Positions 51,551-64,000 of a DNA stretch of 64,000 bases are shown one piece after another (position 1 is the first letter of the stretch; each line of letters opens with the position of its first letter). The position numbers were made by a program, and so were the translations under genes. The notes under the pieces were generated by a model, which saw only the letters and a program-made list of their open reading frames with translations, was not told the origin of the DNA and ran no database searches. The stretch comes from Octopus bimaculoides (Eukaryota): positions 51,979,168 to 52,043,167 of the forward strand of contig NC_068998.1 of the NCBI RefSeq assembly GCF_001194135.2, written 5' to 3'.

Positions 51551-51949
51551 GATTCCTTCATAGACTCATAAAAAACACCAGAATTTGGTATAGAATGCAT
51601 TTTATTAAATTCCCAGTTAATTATGTCAGGAGATTGGTAGAATCATTAGAAAGGAAGCAGAATCGTTAGCACTTTAGAGAAAAATGTCTAGTGGTATTTT
51701 TTCTGGGGTTTTTTTATGTTCTGAGTTCAAATACCACCAAGGTTAACTTTGCCCTTCATCTTAATGGGGTCAATAAAATAAGATACCAGTGAATTAATTG
51801 GGTCAGTGAATCAACTTGACCTTCCCCTCTAAATTGCTGGCCTTGTGCCAAAATTACAAAAAATTATTTTTACATCATCTGACAATATGCCTGGCATTAT
51901 TGAATTACACCTCTTAACGTTTTGGTTTCAAATCCTGTCAACATCAACT

Positions 51950-52102
<153 letters not shown>

Positions 52103-53154
52103 TATTCTGGAGTAAAATAAACTAAAGTACCTACCACACAAAAACTAGTGTCAACCCTCAATCAACTCTAGTACTTGTTCCAAATTTTGAGGCCTTGTGC
52201 CTTTGTTTCAAATTCAATATTTCAGAAAATTAATTATCTTAGCTAATTAATAATCTATACACTGTTTATGCTTGTGCCATAATATTGGTTGAAAGTTAAA
52301 ATCAAGTGTCATAACATCGTTACCATGGTGCAGAAAAATATATTTTTCCATTTCACTTCCTAAGATAAAAATGTCAGCTTGCTTCCGTGTGCTATTTCAC
52401 AATTGCTTGCAGACAATGAATTGGTCAACGAAGGCTAGCGATGCCTTTAAGTACATAAAGCTAGAGAGAGAGAGAGAGAGAGAGAGTGAGAGAGAGAGAG
52501 AGAGAGAGTGAGAGGAGAGGAGAGAGAGAGATGACATTGTACTGAAATATAGCACTCTTAACTAATTTCTGCACTCAATATTATTAGCAACATTACTACA
52601 ATAACAACATAAAAGTAGTTATTTATTATTTCATTTCTCTGAAATAATATATTGATCGTGTGTGTGTGTGCGTGTGTGTGGGTGGGTGGGTGTATTCGTA
52701 TGTATTAAATATTTGTGTATGTGTATATGTGGTTGTGTACATATGTATGTACACACGTGCTTTTGTATGTGTGTATATGTGTTAGTGTGTGTATATGTAT
52801 ATCTATATACATATATATGTGTGTGTGTATATATGTATATATATGTGTGTGTGTGTGTATATATATATATGTATGTATGTATATATACTTTTCTCTCCAG
52901 GCACAAGGCCCGAAATCTTTTGGGGGAGGGGGGGGGCAGTCGATTAAATTGACCCCTGTATGCAACTGGTACTTAATTTATCGACCTCGAAAGGATGAAA
53001 GGCAAAATTGACCTTGGTGGAATTTGAACTCAGAACATAAAGACAGACAAAATACCACTAAGGATTTCTCCTGGCGTGCTAACGTTTCTGCCAGCTCGCC
53101 ACCTCATATATATATACACACACACACGTGTGTACATACACAAGCATGCACAGC

Positions 53155-53185
<31 letters not shown>

Positions 53186-53531
53186 ACATTGTCATTGAAA
53201 CGAGTAAACAAGCCTGTTCACTACAGCATACTTGAAGTTGTAAGTTCTTATATATACCTCTGCGTAAATAACTGTGATTTAGCTTAACAAGGAATGGCCA
53301 CTAATAAACATCATCTTCTGCATATCTCTGAATATCATCTTTAAAATGTAAATAGCTTATGCATTGAAAGCCTTATTATTATTATTGTTACTATTAATAT
53401 TATCGTTATTGGTGCGTTCTTTGAAATTGGTTTTCAATGAAATATTCATTTAAGTGATAATAACAAAAGTGTTATGATAAGCTGGGAATTCATATTGGAG
53501 TGAAAGTTGATATTTTGAAATGTTATGATAT

Positions 53532-53573
<42 letters not shown>

Positions 53574-54082
53574 NNNNNNNNNNNNNNNNNNNNNNNNNNN
53601 NNNNNNNNNNNNNNNNNNNNNNNNNNNNNNNNNNNNNNNNNNNNNNNNNNNNNNNNNNNNNNNNNNNNNNNNNNNNNNNNNNNNNNNNNNNNNNNNNNNN
53701 NNNNNNNNNNNNNNNNNNNNNNNNNNNNNNNNNNNNNNNNNNNNNNNNNNNNNNNNNNNNNNNNNNNNNNNNNNNNNNNNNNNNNNNNNNNNNNNNNNNN
53801 NNNNNNNNNNNNNNNNNNNNNNNNNNNNNNNNNNNNNNNNNNNNNNNNNNNNNNNNNNNNGTGTTAGCCGCACGTGGAGAACAGACATATCACAAATATA
53901 CTTTTCTAAAACTCATCATTAGTGCAGGAATGGGTCTGTGGTTTAAAAAGCTTTCTTACCAACTGTTTGGTGTTAGGTTCAGTCCCACTGTGCAGCACCT
54001 AAAGCAAATGTCTTCTGCTATAGCTCCAGGCTGACCGAAACCTTGTGAATGGATTTGGTGGACAAGAACTCAAAGAAACCTC

Positions 54083-54124
<42 letters not shown>

Positions 54125-54830
54125 ATTCATATGAGTGTGTGTGAGCATGCATGCTAATGTGTGTGTGTATACACTTGTCTTGACATCATGTGATGATTGT
54201 AAACAAGCATCACCATCATACAAGCAGTGGTGTTTTGTTTCCATTCTTCCTTGAAAACCATGTCTGGCCATGAGAAAATATTATCTTGCTTCAAACCAAG
54301 CAAACATAAAAAAAAAAAAGTGGACTGTAAATAATGATGATGATGATATAGCCATTAACTAGAACACATCCATGCTTGCAGATAATGTAATCAGTGTTAA
54401 TTTTAATTAAATGTTAAGTTTTAATTAATCTCCAAAGATGGAAAATTAAACCTGAAACGTTCTCAGTTTCACAACAGACCAATATTATTCTACAACACAC
54501 ATGTTGGAAAGTACTACTGTAGGATGTAATTTAAAACAAAAAGAAAAGAGCAAGGATGTGGCTGCTATTTCTAGCAGGTTAATTATTTCACAACACTCTT
54601 GTTGGAGAGTACAGTGTGGGATCACCATCATCATCGTTTTGACATCTTGTTTTTCATGCTTGCCTGGGTCAGAGAGAATTTCTTGCGGCACATTTTGAAG
54701 GCCCATTACCATTTCTTGTTGCCAGCATCCAACAGTTTTCGAGTAAGGTAATATTTTTACAAAGGCCAAACATGTTTTTCAAGGAAGATTAGAAATGATT
54801 GATTCTCATTTACAGCCATCATGCAATATC

Positions 54831-54875
<45 letters not shown>

Positions 54876-56019
54876 GTATATGATGGTCGTTTTTCAGTTC
54901 CCATCTACCAACTACATTCACAAAGCTTTGATTGTCCTGGGGCTGTAGTAGGTAGTAGACACTAGGATCTTGCTCAACACACTGTGTACTGAGACTGAAC
55001 CAGAAGCCTCGTGGCTGAGCAGCAAATTTCTTACCCACACAGCCATGTCTGATTTGAGATGAAAAACAATTTGGCTGCTATTTCTAACAGGTTTATTATT
55101 TCACAACACATATTTTTGGAAAATAATTCACAAGGATCGTTTATCATTATCATTTAAAGTCTGTTTTCTACACTAGCACCTGTTAGATACCAAAACACAC
55201 GCTGGAATGTATACTTCAGTAGGTTGTTACTTGGGAAATAAAAAAAAATTAGCTGCTATTTCTAGCAGGCTGAACGAGAAAAAAATGTTCCCTCACTGTT
55301 ATTGGCTCCATTGTAATTTGAACTATGGTAGTGGAGTAGGGGAGGGTTTTGGAATATCACAGAGTAAGGAAGAGTGGGGGGAGGCAGAGAGAGAGAGAGG
55401 AATGGAGAGGGAGGAATAAAATAATATTCATATAATGTCTTGCTGATCAGGAGAATTGGAAAGAAAGAAAAGTTAACAAGTGTAAGGCTTAAACATTAAG
55501 GATTGTTCTTGAATAAGAATAACCAAAGATATTTTTGACTTGTAGTGTTCTGCTTTCTCCAAAGATATTAATTCTTGATATAGCTGCTACTGTAGAAATA
55601 TTAATAGACATCTGCTATGGGGGAAAAAATCTATTTTAGGATTACAACACTGAGAATAGCAACAGAACAGGCTAAAAATAGACAGAGCAGAGCTAAATAT
55701 AGACAAGTCACATGGTTCTTTTCTTACAATCAATTTCCAAAGCAAAGCTGAGCTGACTGGCTGAATGGCAATCCTAAAATTAGACTTACTCTATATATCA
55801 ATTTAACTAGCCAATATAGATTTCTGGTACAGATCTACTGATTTTCAGATTTTTTTTTTTTCACTTATTTTTTTTTTTTATATACCTTATAGAGAAAAGT
55901 GCTGTTTAGGATGTGAAGGAAAATATTTTTTTTTTTTCATCTTTTCCAACCCATATATGGTATAAATAAGTATTGATAAGAAGTGTAGATGGAAGGAATG
56001 CTTTCAGTAAAAGGAAACA

Positions 56020-56058
<39 letters not shown>

Positions 56059-56278
56059 CTGTGGGAGGTTTACGTAAAATGAAATTGTATTATCACGTCA
56101 GAAGGGAAAAATATAAATAGAAAAACATATAATTTTTATAGAGATCTCTGTGTGTGTGTGTGTGTATGTACATGTATGTGGGAGTAAAATATAACAGGAA
56201 AATACGTAAAGGATCATATTCAGGGTTCTGTACATGTACCTATGCTTGTATGTATATGTACATGTATGTGTATAGGTA

Positions 56279-56323
<45 letters not shown>

Positions 56324-56504
56324 ATATATATATATATTGTAAATGCCTGTGTGTGTAAAAGCATATCTATGTTTTTATGTGTCACACAATAATAAAACAG
56401 AAAAATATATAAATGATCCTTAGGTCTGTGTGTGTGCTTCTATATGCATAACTGTGTATGTACATGTGGATAAATATAAATATGCATATGTATACATGTC
56501 TATG

Positions 56505-56541
<37 letters not shown>

Positions 56542-57149
56542 AAACAATAAATTAGAGAGATGCATATTTATATATATATATGCATGTATATATATATTTG
56601 TATATGCGCATGTGTATGTATATACTCGTGTGTATAAGCAGGTGTTTGTATATATACATCTTTTGGTGTTTGTACATGTATATGTAAATACACATACATA
56701 CACACATAGATGCTCACACATACACATGCATGCACAAGCATTCATTCATTCATTCAGGTGTTTGGAAAGTTATTATATATTTATTTCACTGTTATGAATT
56801 ATGAACTCAACCTACAGCAATACGATGACACTTACGTGGTGGAACACAATGCCCAGATCTGGTTTATCCTCTCTTTTATCCGTCTGTGCATCATTTACTG
56901 TGGCTTGTAAAGTTTAATCCCATTGAAGTTATATATTCTAAAGAACCACATATTCACCATTTCATATTGTGTGAATTTCAAAAGAGTTTTGCTGCTGCCC
57001 TGGCAATATAAAGAATTTGTGAAATATATCCTAGTGTCGTAAGAGCTTGTAAGTCCCAGCTGCCATTTCAGAAGTTGAAAATTGGTAATTATGAATTCTC
57101 CAATGAGCTTCTTCCAGTTTCCATTTAAGAAATTCCTTCAAAATGCATT

Positions 57150-57926
57150 GGTCAACTGGAAGTGTCCTCTACCATAGAGGAATGTTTTGCATGATGGATT
57201 GTACCAGTAAGTTGAAGTAAACCATAGTTCCTTCAAAATAGAATGGTTCAGTTAATCCTTTTGATGATAAGCCAAACTGTGCTGTAACTCCTGGTAAATT
57301 AACATTATGTTCCTTCATAATGTATAGATTCTCAAAGCCCTGGTAGGCATGACATTCAATTGAGCCATTTAATTTAAATGTATTCTCATCACTCCAAACA
57401 GTCTTTGTTGAAAAAACGGAAAGCTATACATCTTGCTAAGCACCACTTTACAGCCTGGATCTTCAATGAGAACATGGACCATTCTTGAAATTTAACTTCT
57501 CCAATGATCTTAAAAATAAGATAGATGCTTGATTTTTGAAATACCTGTCTTTCCACACAAATATACTTGAACCGTGGCCAATATGTTTCTTGTACCCTCT
57601 CTTGCTTAGAGTGGCTTGTTGATCTCTGCAGTATTCTTCCAGAACCTTTCTTATGGGCATTCTTAATAGTTCCATCTGCTTCAAGCTTATCTCTGATGGT
57701 AAGTCACATAGGTGGTGGATCTGTTCAAATCTCCCTCTTAAACTCTCTTTGCACTTTGACTGCATTTTTTGTCAATCTTCCAGTAGTAATTCAGAATAAA
57801 TCTCCTTTGTTCAAAGCTTAGTCTAGCTTCCTTCGTTATTTCTAATGGGATAAAATCTAAAAAGAAATGAAAATTGAGTCAGTTATCAGATGTTACAGTG
57901 TGAATACATCTTTTTGGAACTCCCTG
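57150..57926 (-). mobile_element. Degenerate Tc1/mariner-superfamily element with frameshifted transposase
   Basis: Terminal CAGGGAGTTCCAAAAAGA at ~57926 on the minus strand. Reading from ~57836 gives KEARLSFEQRRFILNYYWK, then RDKLEADGTIKNAHKKGSGR after frameshifts, and [13 protein letters not shown]...[28 protein letters not shown] (first catalytic Asp region ~57390). The left boundary is uncertain. Confidence 0.82.
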
Positions 57927-57963
57927 TGTATATGTATGTACATATGCATGCGTGTATGTATGT

Positions 57964-58018
<55 letters not shown>

Positions 58019-58547
58019 ATATGTTTATGTGTTTGCGTGTATATATATTTGTCTGTGTGTGTATATATATATATATATATGTATGTGCATGTATATATAT
58101 ATATATATATGTGTATGTATATACATTTTTTATATATCTATATATACACACGCACACATACACAAATATATCTAAATACAATATATGTACATATATGTGT
58201 GTTTTTGTGTATACACACACAATTGTGCATCTGTCTTTTACTAAACAGACGGGTGACTGAAAAGAAAACTAATTTCCTTCTGTGACTAAAATTGAGATTG
58301 GAAGTGATTGTTCATCAATTCAGTTTAGCCGTCTGTTAAGTTTGGGTTAGATTTGTTTTTTGTTTTTTTTTTGTTTGTTTTGATTTTTGTCTGTAAACAT
58401 CTGTGAGTAGGTTTATGAAAAACCATATTAAATCAAGTAGAACTGCTGTATTTTTTTATCCTGAAGCATTATGAAAAAGTAATTATTCTTTTTACCAATG
58501 TGAAATTTGTAAATATCTCTTCTACAATAGTGTCTACTCCACAACAC

Positions 58548-58593
<46 letters not shown>

Positions 58594-59924
58594 ATGTATG
58601 TATGTGTGTGTCTATATAAATATGTATGTATATATATATGTATTTATGTATATGTGTGTGTGTGATAAATATATATATATATGAGAGACAGAGATGTGTG
58701 TGTGTCTATAAATGTACATATTTTTTTCTCTTTTCTTTTACAATTTTTTTCTATACTTTAAAGTATAAAAGATCAAATTATTGAGTAAGATTATGATAAC
58801 CACCTCACCAAGGAAACAAAATAAAAGGAAAAGGAGAGGGGTTAAGTTGCTGAAGATGGGTGGGTGAGTCATGGGTTGTACACTCCTCAACAAACAGCAT
58901 ATTTGGCCATGCCTCATGGACAAATGAAAACATATTCTTTTCTACTCAAAGCACAAAGCCCAAAATTTGAGGCAGGGAGGCAGTCGATTAAATCGGCACC
59001 AGTATGCAACTGGTACTTAATTCATTGACCCAAAAAGGACGAAAGGCAAAATCAACCTCAGTGGAATTTGAACTTAGACTGTAAGGACAGACAAAATACT
59101 GCTAAGCATTTTGCCCTGCATGCTAACGTTTCTGCCAGCTCGCTGCCTTAAATGAAAACATATTAGTGTTCAGCCATTGAAATTTCTGTCCAGCTCCCTT
59201 GTCAAAGCCAAACTCTATCAAAATGAAACATCATAGTTTCTTGAGTATGATGCCATATGCGGATGGGTAATGATGTAGCAGTTCTCTCTGATGCATAGTT
59301 ATATGAACATTTCTTTTGTAACAGGACAATAAAGGAACCTCTACATTTGAATGTGTGAGCTGCTAGAAATAGTAGTTAAATCACTTTCAAAATAACCTCC
59401 TTCCAACTTCATTATTTTTCCTAATTTTATTTTTATTATTTATTTATTTATTTGAGATGCAAAGGTTCATTTGTTAGTGCAGTCCTAAGTATACAAAGTA
59501 TAATGTGTCTCAAATGAAAGGAAAAAAACATGATGGTTGTATAGTTGTAGATGTTCAGGTTTGATGTGGTAAATAACTGGAATTGAACCATTCATACTGT
59601 TGCTAAGCCTTCTAGAAACAGCAACCAAAATGTTCTTCAAATCACACAGCATCATCTTTTTAAAAAATGGAGAATTTATTACATACATAAAAGACATTAT
59701 TGTACATTATGTATTATAATGAGTCTTATATTATAGTAATCATTATGGTTACATAATTCACATTATAAGTACTGTATATTTATTACTAAATGCATCAGAC
59801 TATTTAACCCTATAGTTTACTACATTAAAGTATTGAATGCTTTAAAGTGTTCAGCACAACATCAAATATTTAGTACTAAATACATTATATCTGAAAATTA
59901 ACCATTATGTAGAATATTCAGTGA

Positions 59925-60615
59925 TAAGTACAGTTGAGCGCCAGGGTTGATGTAATCTGCTTACTCCAATCCCTAAAATTACTGGCCATGTGCCACAATT
60001 TGAAGCCATTAAAAATGGTGGTAAGCTGCCTAAATCATTAGCTCACCAAACAAAATGCTAAAATGCTAAACAGCATTTTTTTCTTTTTTTGTTCCCAGCT
60101 CTTTAACATTCTGAATTCAAATTTCTCCAAGGTTGATTTGCTTTTCATCCTTTCAAGATCAATGAATTAAGGACCAGTCAAACTCTGGGGTTGGTGTAAT
60201 CAACCAGCTCTCTCCCCTAAAATGCCAGGCCTTGTGCATATAGGAGAAAGGATTATTATTATTATTATTATTAATAATAATAAAGTGGCAAACAGTTACA
60301 CACTGGGATCGATGTAATTGACTTAATCCTTTCCCCCAAATTCAAAGTCTTGTGCTTCCAGTAGAAAAGATTATTATTATTATTTTTTATTATTATTATT
60401 AAGCTGGCAGAATTGTTAGTGCACTGGATGAAATGCTAAGTGGTATTTCGCTTGTTGCCACATCCTGAGTTCAAATTCCACCAAGGTCGACTTTACCGTT
60501 CATCCTTTCATGGTCGATAAAATAAGTACCAGTTGAACATTGGGGTCAGTCTAATCGACTGGTCCCCTCCCCAAAAATTTCAGGCCTTGTGCCTGCAGCA
60601 GAAAGGATTATTATT
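59925..60615 (+). mobile_element. Head-to-tail cluster of about four SINE family B copies/fragments
   Basis: Repeated AGTAC(C)AGTT...GGGGTCGAT(G/C)TAATC...CCCC..AAAT...GCCTTGTGC..AGAAA(A/G)GATTATTATT units. Confidence 0.8.
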
Positions 60616-63600
60616 ATTATTCTGATGGTGAGATTCAGTTTGTTCAGAAGCAGCATAATAAAACACAGTAAACTCTTAACATCAAAACTTTTTATACCAC
60701 TTTTATATGTTTTGAAGATAGGATGTACTGCATATGCTAATTTACCGTAGATTATAATGTATCATTTATATAAATTCTAAATTTAAGTCAATACAATAAC
60801 TCTATTATAATTGTGGCTAAATTAACTGCCAAGATTTTCAACATAAAATTATATTAGACACTCTTAAGAACTAATCTAAGGTAAGAAAAAATGAATCAGG
60901 CTATTAACGAGACTCAAAATCAATTAATTTCAACTGTTTATGATTTTTCTAATCATTTCATATTCATTATTGTTTTTCATACATCTTTTGTATCTGCATC
61001 AACATTTAATTTAAATATAACAATGTGTGATTGTTCTGCATCCAATCTGATATTAATACTCAAAACAATCAGCTTAATTGAGATTTCTTTTTACACTTTG
61101 TATAAACAAATATGCCAATGCAATCCTATTCATTAGCAGCAAGCTGACAGACTCATTAGCACACCAGACAAAATGCTTAGCAGCATCTCTGCTGGTTCTT
61201 TACGTACTGAGTTCAAATCCTGCTGAGGTCATGCTCTCCCTTTTATTCTTTTGGTGGGGTTCAATAGAATAAAGTACCTGTCATGTACTGGGATCAGTGT
61301 AATCAGCTTGTCCCCTGCTACTTACAATTGCTGGCCTTGAACCCTGCAACTGACCAGTGTTCCTTTCAAGTGAGTGTTGTGATCTTTACAGAGTAAACTG
61401 GGTGTTTCTTACAAGGCATGTATGCCTATGTGTTTTTGTGTTTGACTCCACCACTGCTTGACAGTTAGGGTTGGTTCGTTTACATCCCAGTAACCTAGCA
61501 GTTCAGTGTATAGAAACTGATAAAATAAGTAACAGGCTTAAAAAGAAGATAAGTCCTGGGGTCGATTTGTTCAACTAAACCCCTCAAGCCTGTGCTCCAG
61601 CTTGGCCACAGTCCAATGACTGAAGCAAGTAGAAGATAAAAGAACATCTTTGATAAACAGGACCTACTTTCACAGTGATAGTAATTTTATTCTACTTATT
61701 AAATCATTAGACCTAATTAAGATAACTAGTCTTTGTGTTTTGTTTTATTTTGTTTGTATTTTTTTTTTACAAAATAACATTATAAAATTTGTCTAATAAT
61801 ATTTCAAAGTGATTCGAAGGCTGGAATCTTTTTTTTGTTTCGATTTTATTTTTTCCCAATGTTATTTACAGAGCTGCAACAAGGAAATCAACCACTGTTC
61901 AGTAGCTTCACTTAAAATGTCATTTGTTTGAATAAAACTAGTTGACATTCATGAAAACTCCCAATTTAAACTTTGTATCTAAACTAAAGGAAGTCTTTTC
62001 TTGTCTAATGATATCCATTTTCATTCAGAGAATGGAGAATAACTATTCATCAGAGCCTAATTTTATTGACAATACTGCAGTTCTATATCTATAGGTAGGA
62101 TTATTATGACATATTAGTGATAAGCTGAATGTTTTATACTGTTTATGTAATTGCAAATAACTTTGCAATAACTACAGAATGTAAAATGAATCAGTCGCCA
62201 CAAGTCATCAAATATTTGGACTTTTTCAAAACAAGTTTTCCTCTTCTCCATATGATGCATCATATAGGTCAAAACCAGCAAGCTAGTATTCATAAATATT
62301 GATATTATGCAAATTACAAAATATTTCATTTGAGAAAAATAGAATATATTTTCCAGACACTTCTTTCTTTAAATTTTGGCTTTTCACCTTTAGTTATCAA
62401 TACTGGAATTATTTTGTAAATAAAACCAAGATAGTTTTGTTTTCTGGAAATCCCTGCAGCATTTCATCTTTTGTTCGTTGTATATTTTTTATAGTGTTTT
62501 TTTTTTACTTCTTTTATTTCATTTTGATTTTGTTTTGCAAATATTTTTTTCTTTTTTTTTATGCAGTTTCTAACTAAACTCAGTAAAAATTGCAAAGGGA
62601 TGTAACAGCTCTTATTCTATTCATTCATGTTCTTCATATTTTTTTTTTTGTTTTGCTTTGGATTTTTTTTTTTTTTGGCCTCTTCTGAAAATTATACATT
62701 TTAAAAAAATATATCCAATTATTAGATTCTATTTTACTTCCTTTTTATTATGCATTCACCACCGCCATCTCCCACTCTCCCCACAACTCCATTTATTTCA
62801 TAAACTGTTGTATGTTATTTTTTCTTTTATTATTAAACACCAACAACTGAACAAGTGAAGTACAGTCATTTAAAATATTGGATATCCATTTAAATCAAAG
62901 CTAATAAAAATAAGAAAATCTTTTTTAAAATCTTTAGCAATCACATCCAAGAAACAATAGCATCTGTGTTACTAATTTCTTTAAATTTAATTTTTAACAC
63001 ATCAATGAAATGTCATCATCATCACCGCCGTCGTTGTCGTTTAACATCGATCTCCATGCTACCATGGGTTGGATGGTTTCACAAGGAGCTGACAAACCAG
63101 TGAGCTGCACCAGGTTCCAGTTGTCTGTTTTGGCCTGGTTTCTACAGCTGGATGCCCTTCTTAATTCCAACCACTGGGTGCTTTATGCACGACACTGGCA
63201 TGGGTGTTTTGTATGTGGCACTGGCATGATTGCTTCTTATGTGGTTACATGATCAAATGCTTTTGGTGCCTGTTGCAATGTGTTTAGTGATACAAATAAC
63301 ATTCAACTGCAAAAATCCATGTCAAAAACAATGACATAACAAATACCAAGAAAAACTGGTAGATTTCTGAGTTGCTGTGTGTGTGTGTGTGTCCAATGAT
63401 GAAGAAGGATTGTGAGATACTGTGAGATACTGTGAGATCCAGCTGACTCACAGCAGTATTGAAATAACAAATGAACATAAGACGATGATGCTGATGATGT
63501 ACAACTGATAATTTATAAAATTTGACATTAAAGTCTTGTAAGAAATAAAACAGAAAAAATTATTTTCCATTGAGACGAACCAACATATTCAAACAAGAAA

Positions 63601-64000
63601 TCAAATGTGCAATAATAATTTATTGATAGATTAATCTCAGTAGATAAAATGTGATGGTGAAAGATCAGATAATAAACTACATATTTACAGATGTTTAAAG
63701 ACATCAATCATCGCTGGTTTAAAAGCTACTTTTCAACTAAGTTGATCATGTAGTGAATTAAAATGATAGAAAGACAACGAAAGTAAACAGTGAGGTATTA
63801 TTGTAAGCAGTTAGTGTTGTTCTTGTTGTTGTATTGTCAACGATCGACCATGATCCAGTGGACAGATCCAGTGGACAGATCCAGTGGACAGATCATTGAT
63901 CCAAGATGTCTCTGCATTGTTCATTATATCCTTTTTCTTTTTAGAGACCAAGTGCATCTTGGACTACATTATCCAATGCATTCGGTACTAGTATGTGTGT

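Overview
AT-rich, microsatellite- and SINE-dense eukaryotic DNA. The repeat repertoire suggests a coleoid cephalopod, probably Octopus (inference). It is a draft assembly with 7 N-gaps. The only host coding sequence I can support is seven + strand exons of a type IV diacylglycerol kinase (DGK zeta/iota, rdgA-like), covering the basic MARCKS-like segment and the catalytic and accessory domains. Every junction is AG/GT and phase-compatible. One expected ~21-codon exon is not visible and probably lies in a gap, and the 5' and 3' exons are not visible. The introns hold at least four tRNA-derived or tailed SINE-like families, two TTAA-flanked piggyBac-type MITE families and two dead Tc1/mariner transposase remnants. 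The most interesting signal is a Penelope-like/hammerhead cluster. (i) A ~490-bp foldback element at 38.3-38.8 kb with a 12-bp TSD, a tRNA-like Pol III promoter in its loop and a minimal hammerhead-ribozyme motif in each arm. (ii) A near-perfect short palindromic derivative of that family at 11.5 kb with a 14-bp TSD. (iii) A second, unrelated minimal hammerhead with a palindromic stem III at 45.7 kb. (iv) A Penelope-type Cys-linker/GIY-YIG fragment at 38.1 kb. Almost all other ORFs in the supplied track are microsatellite or N-gap artefacts. Exon, hammerhead and TSD coordinates were counted by hand; repeat boundaries are approximate.
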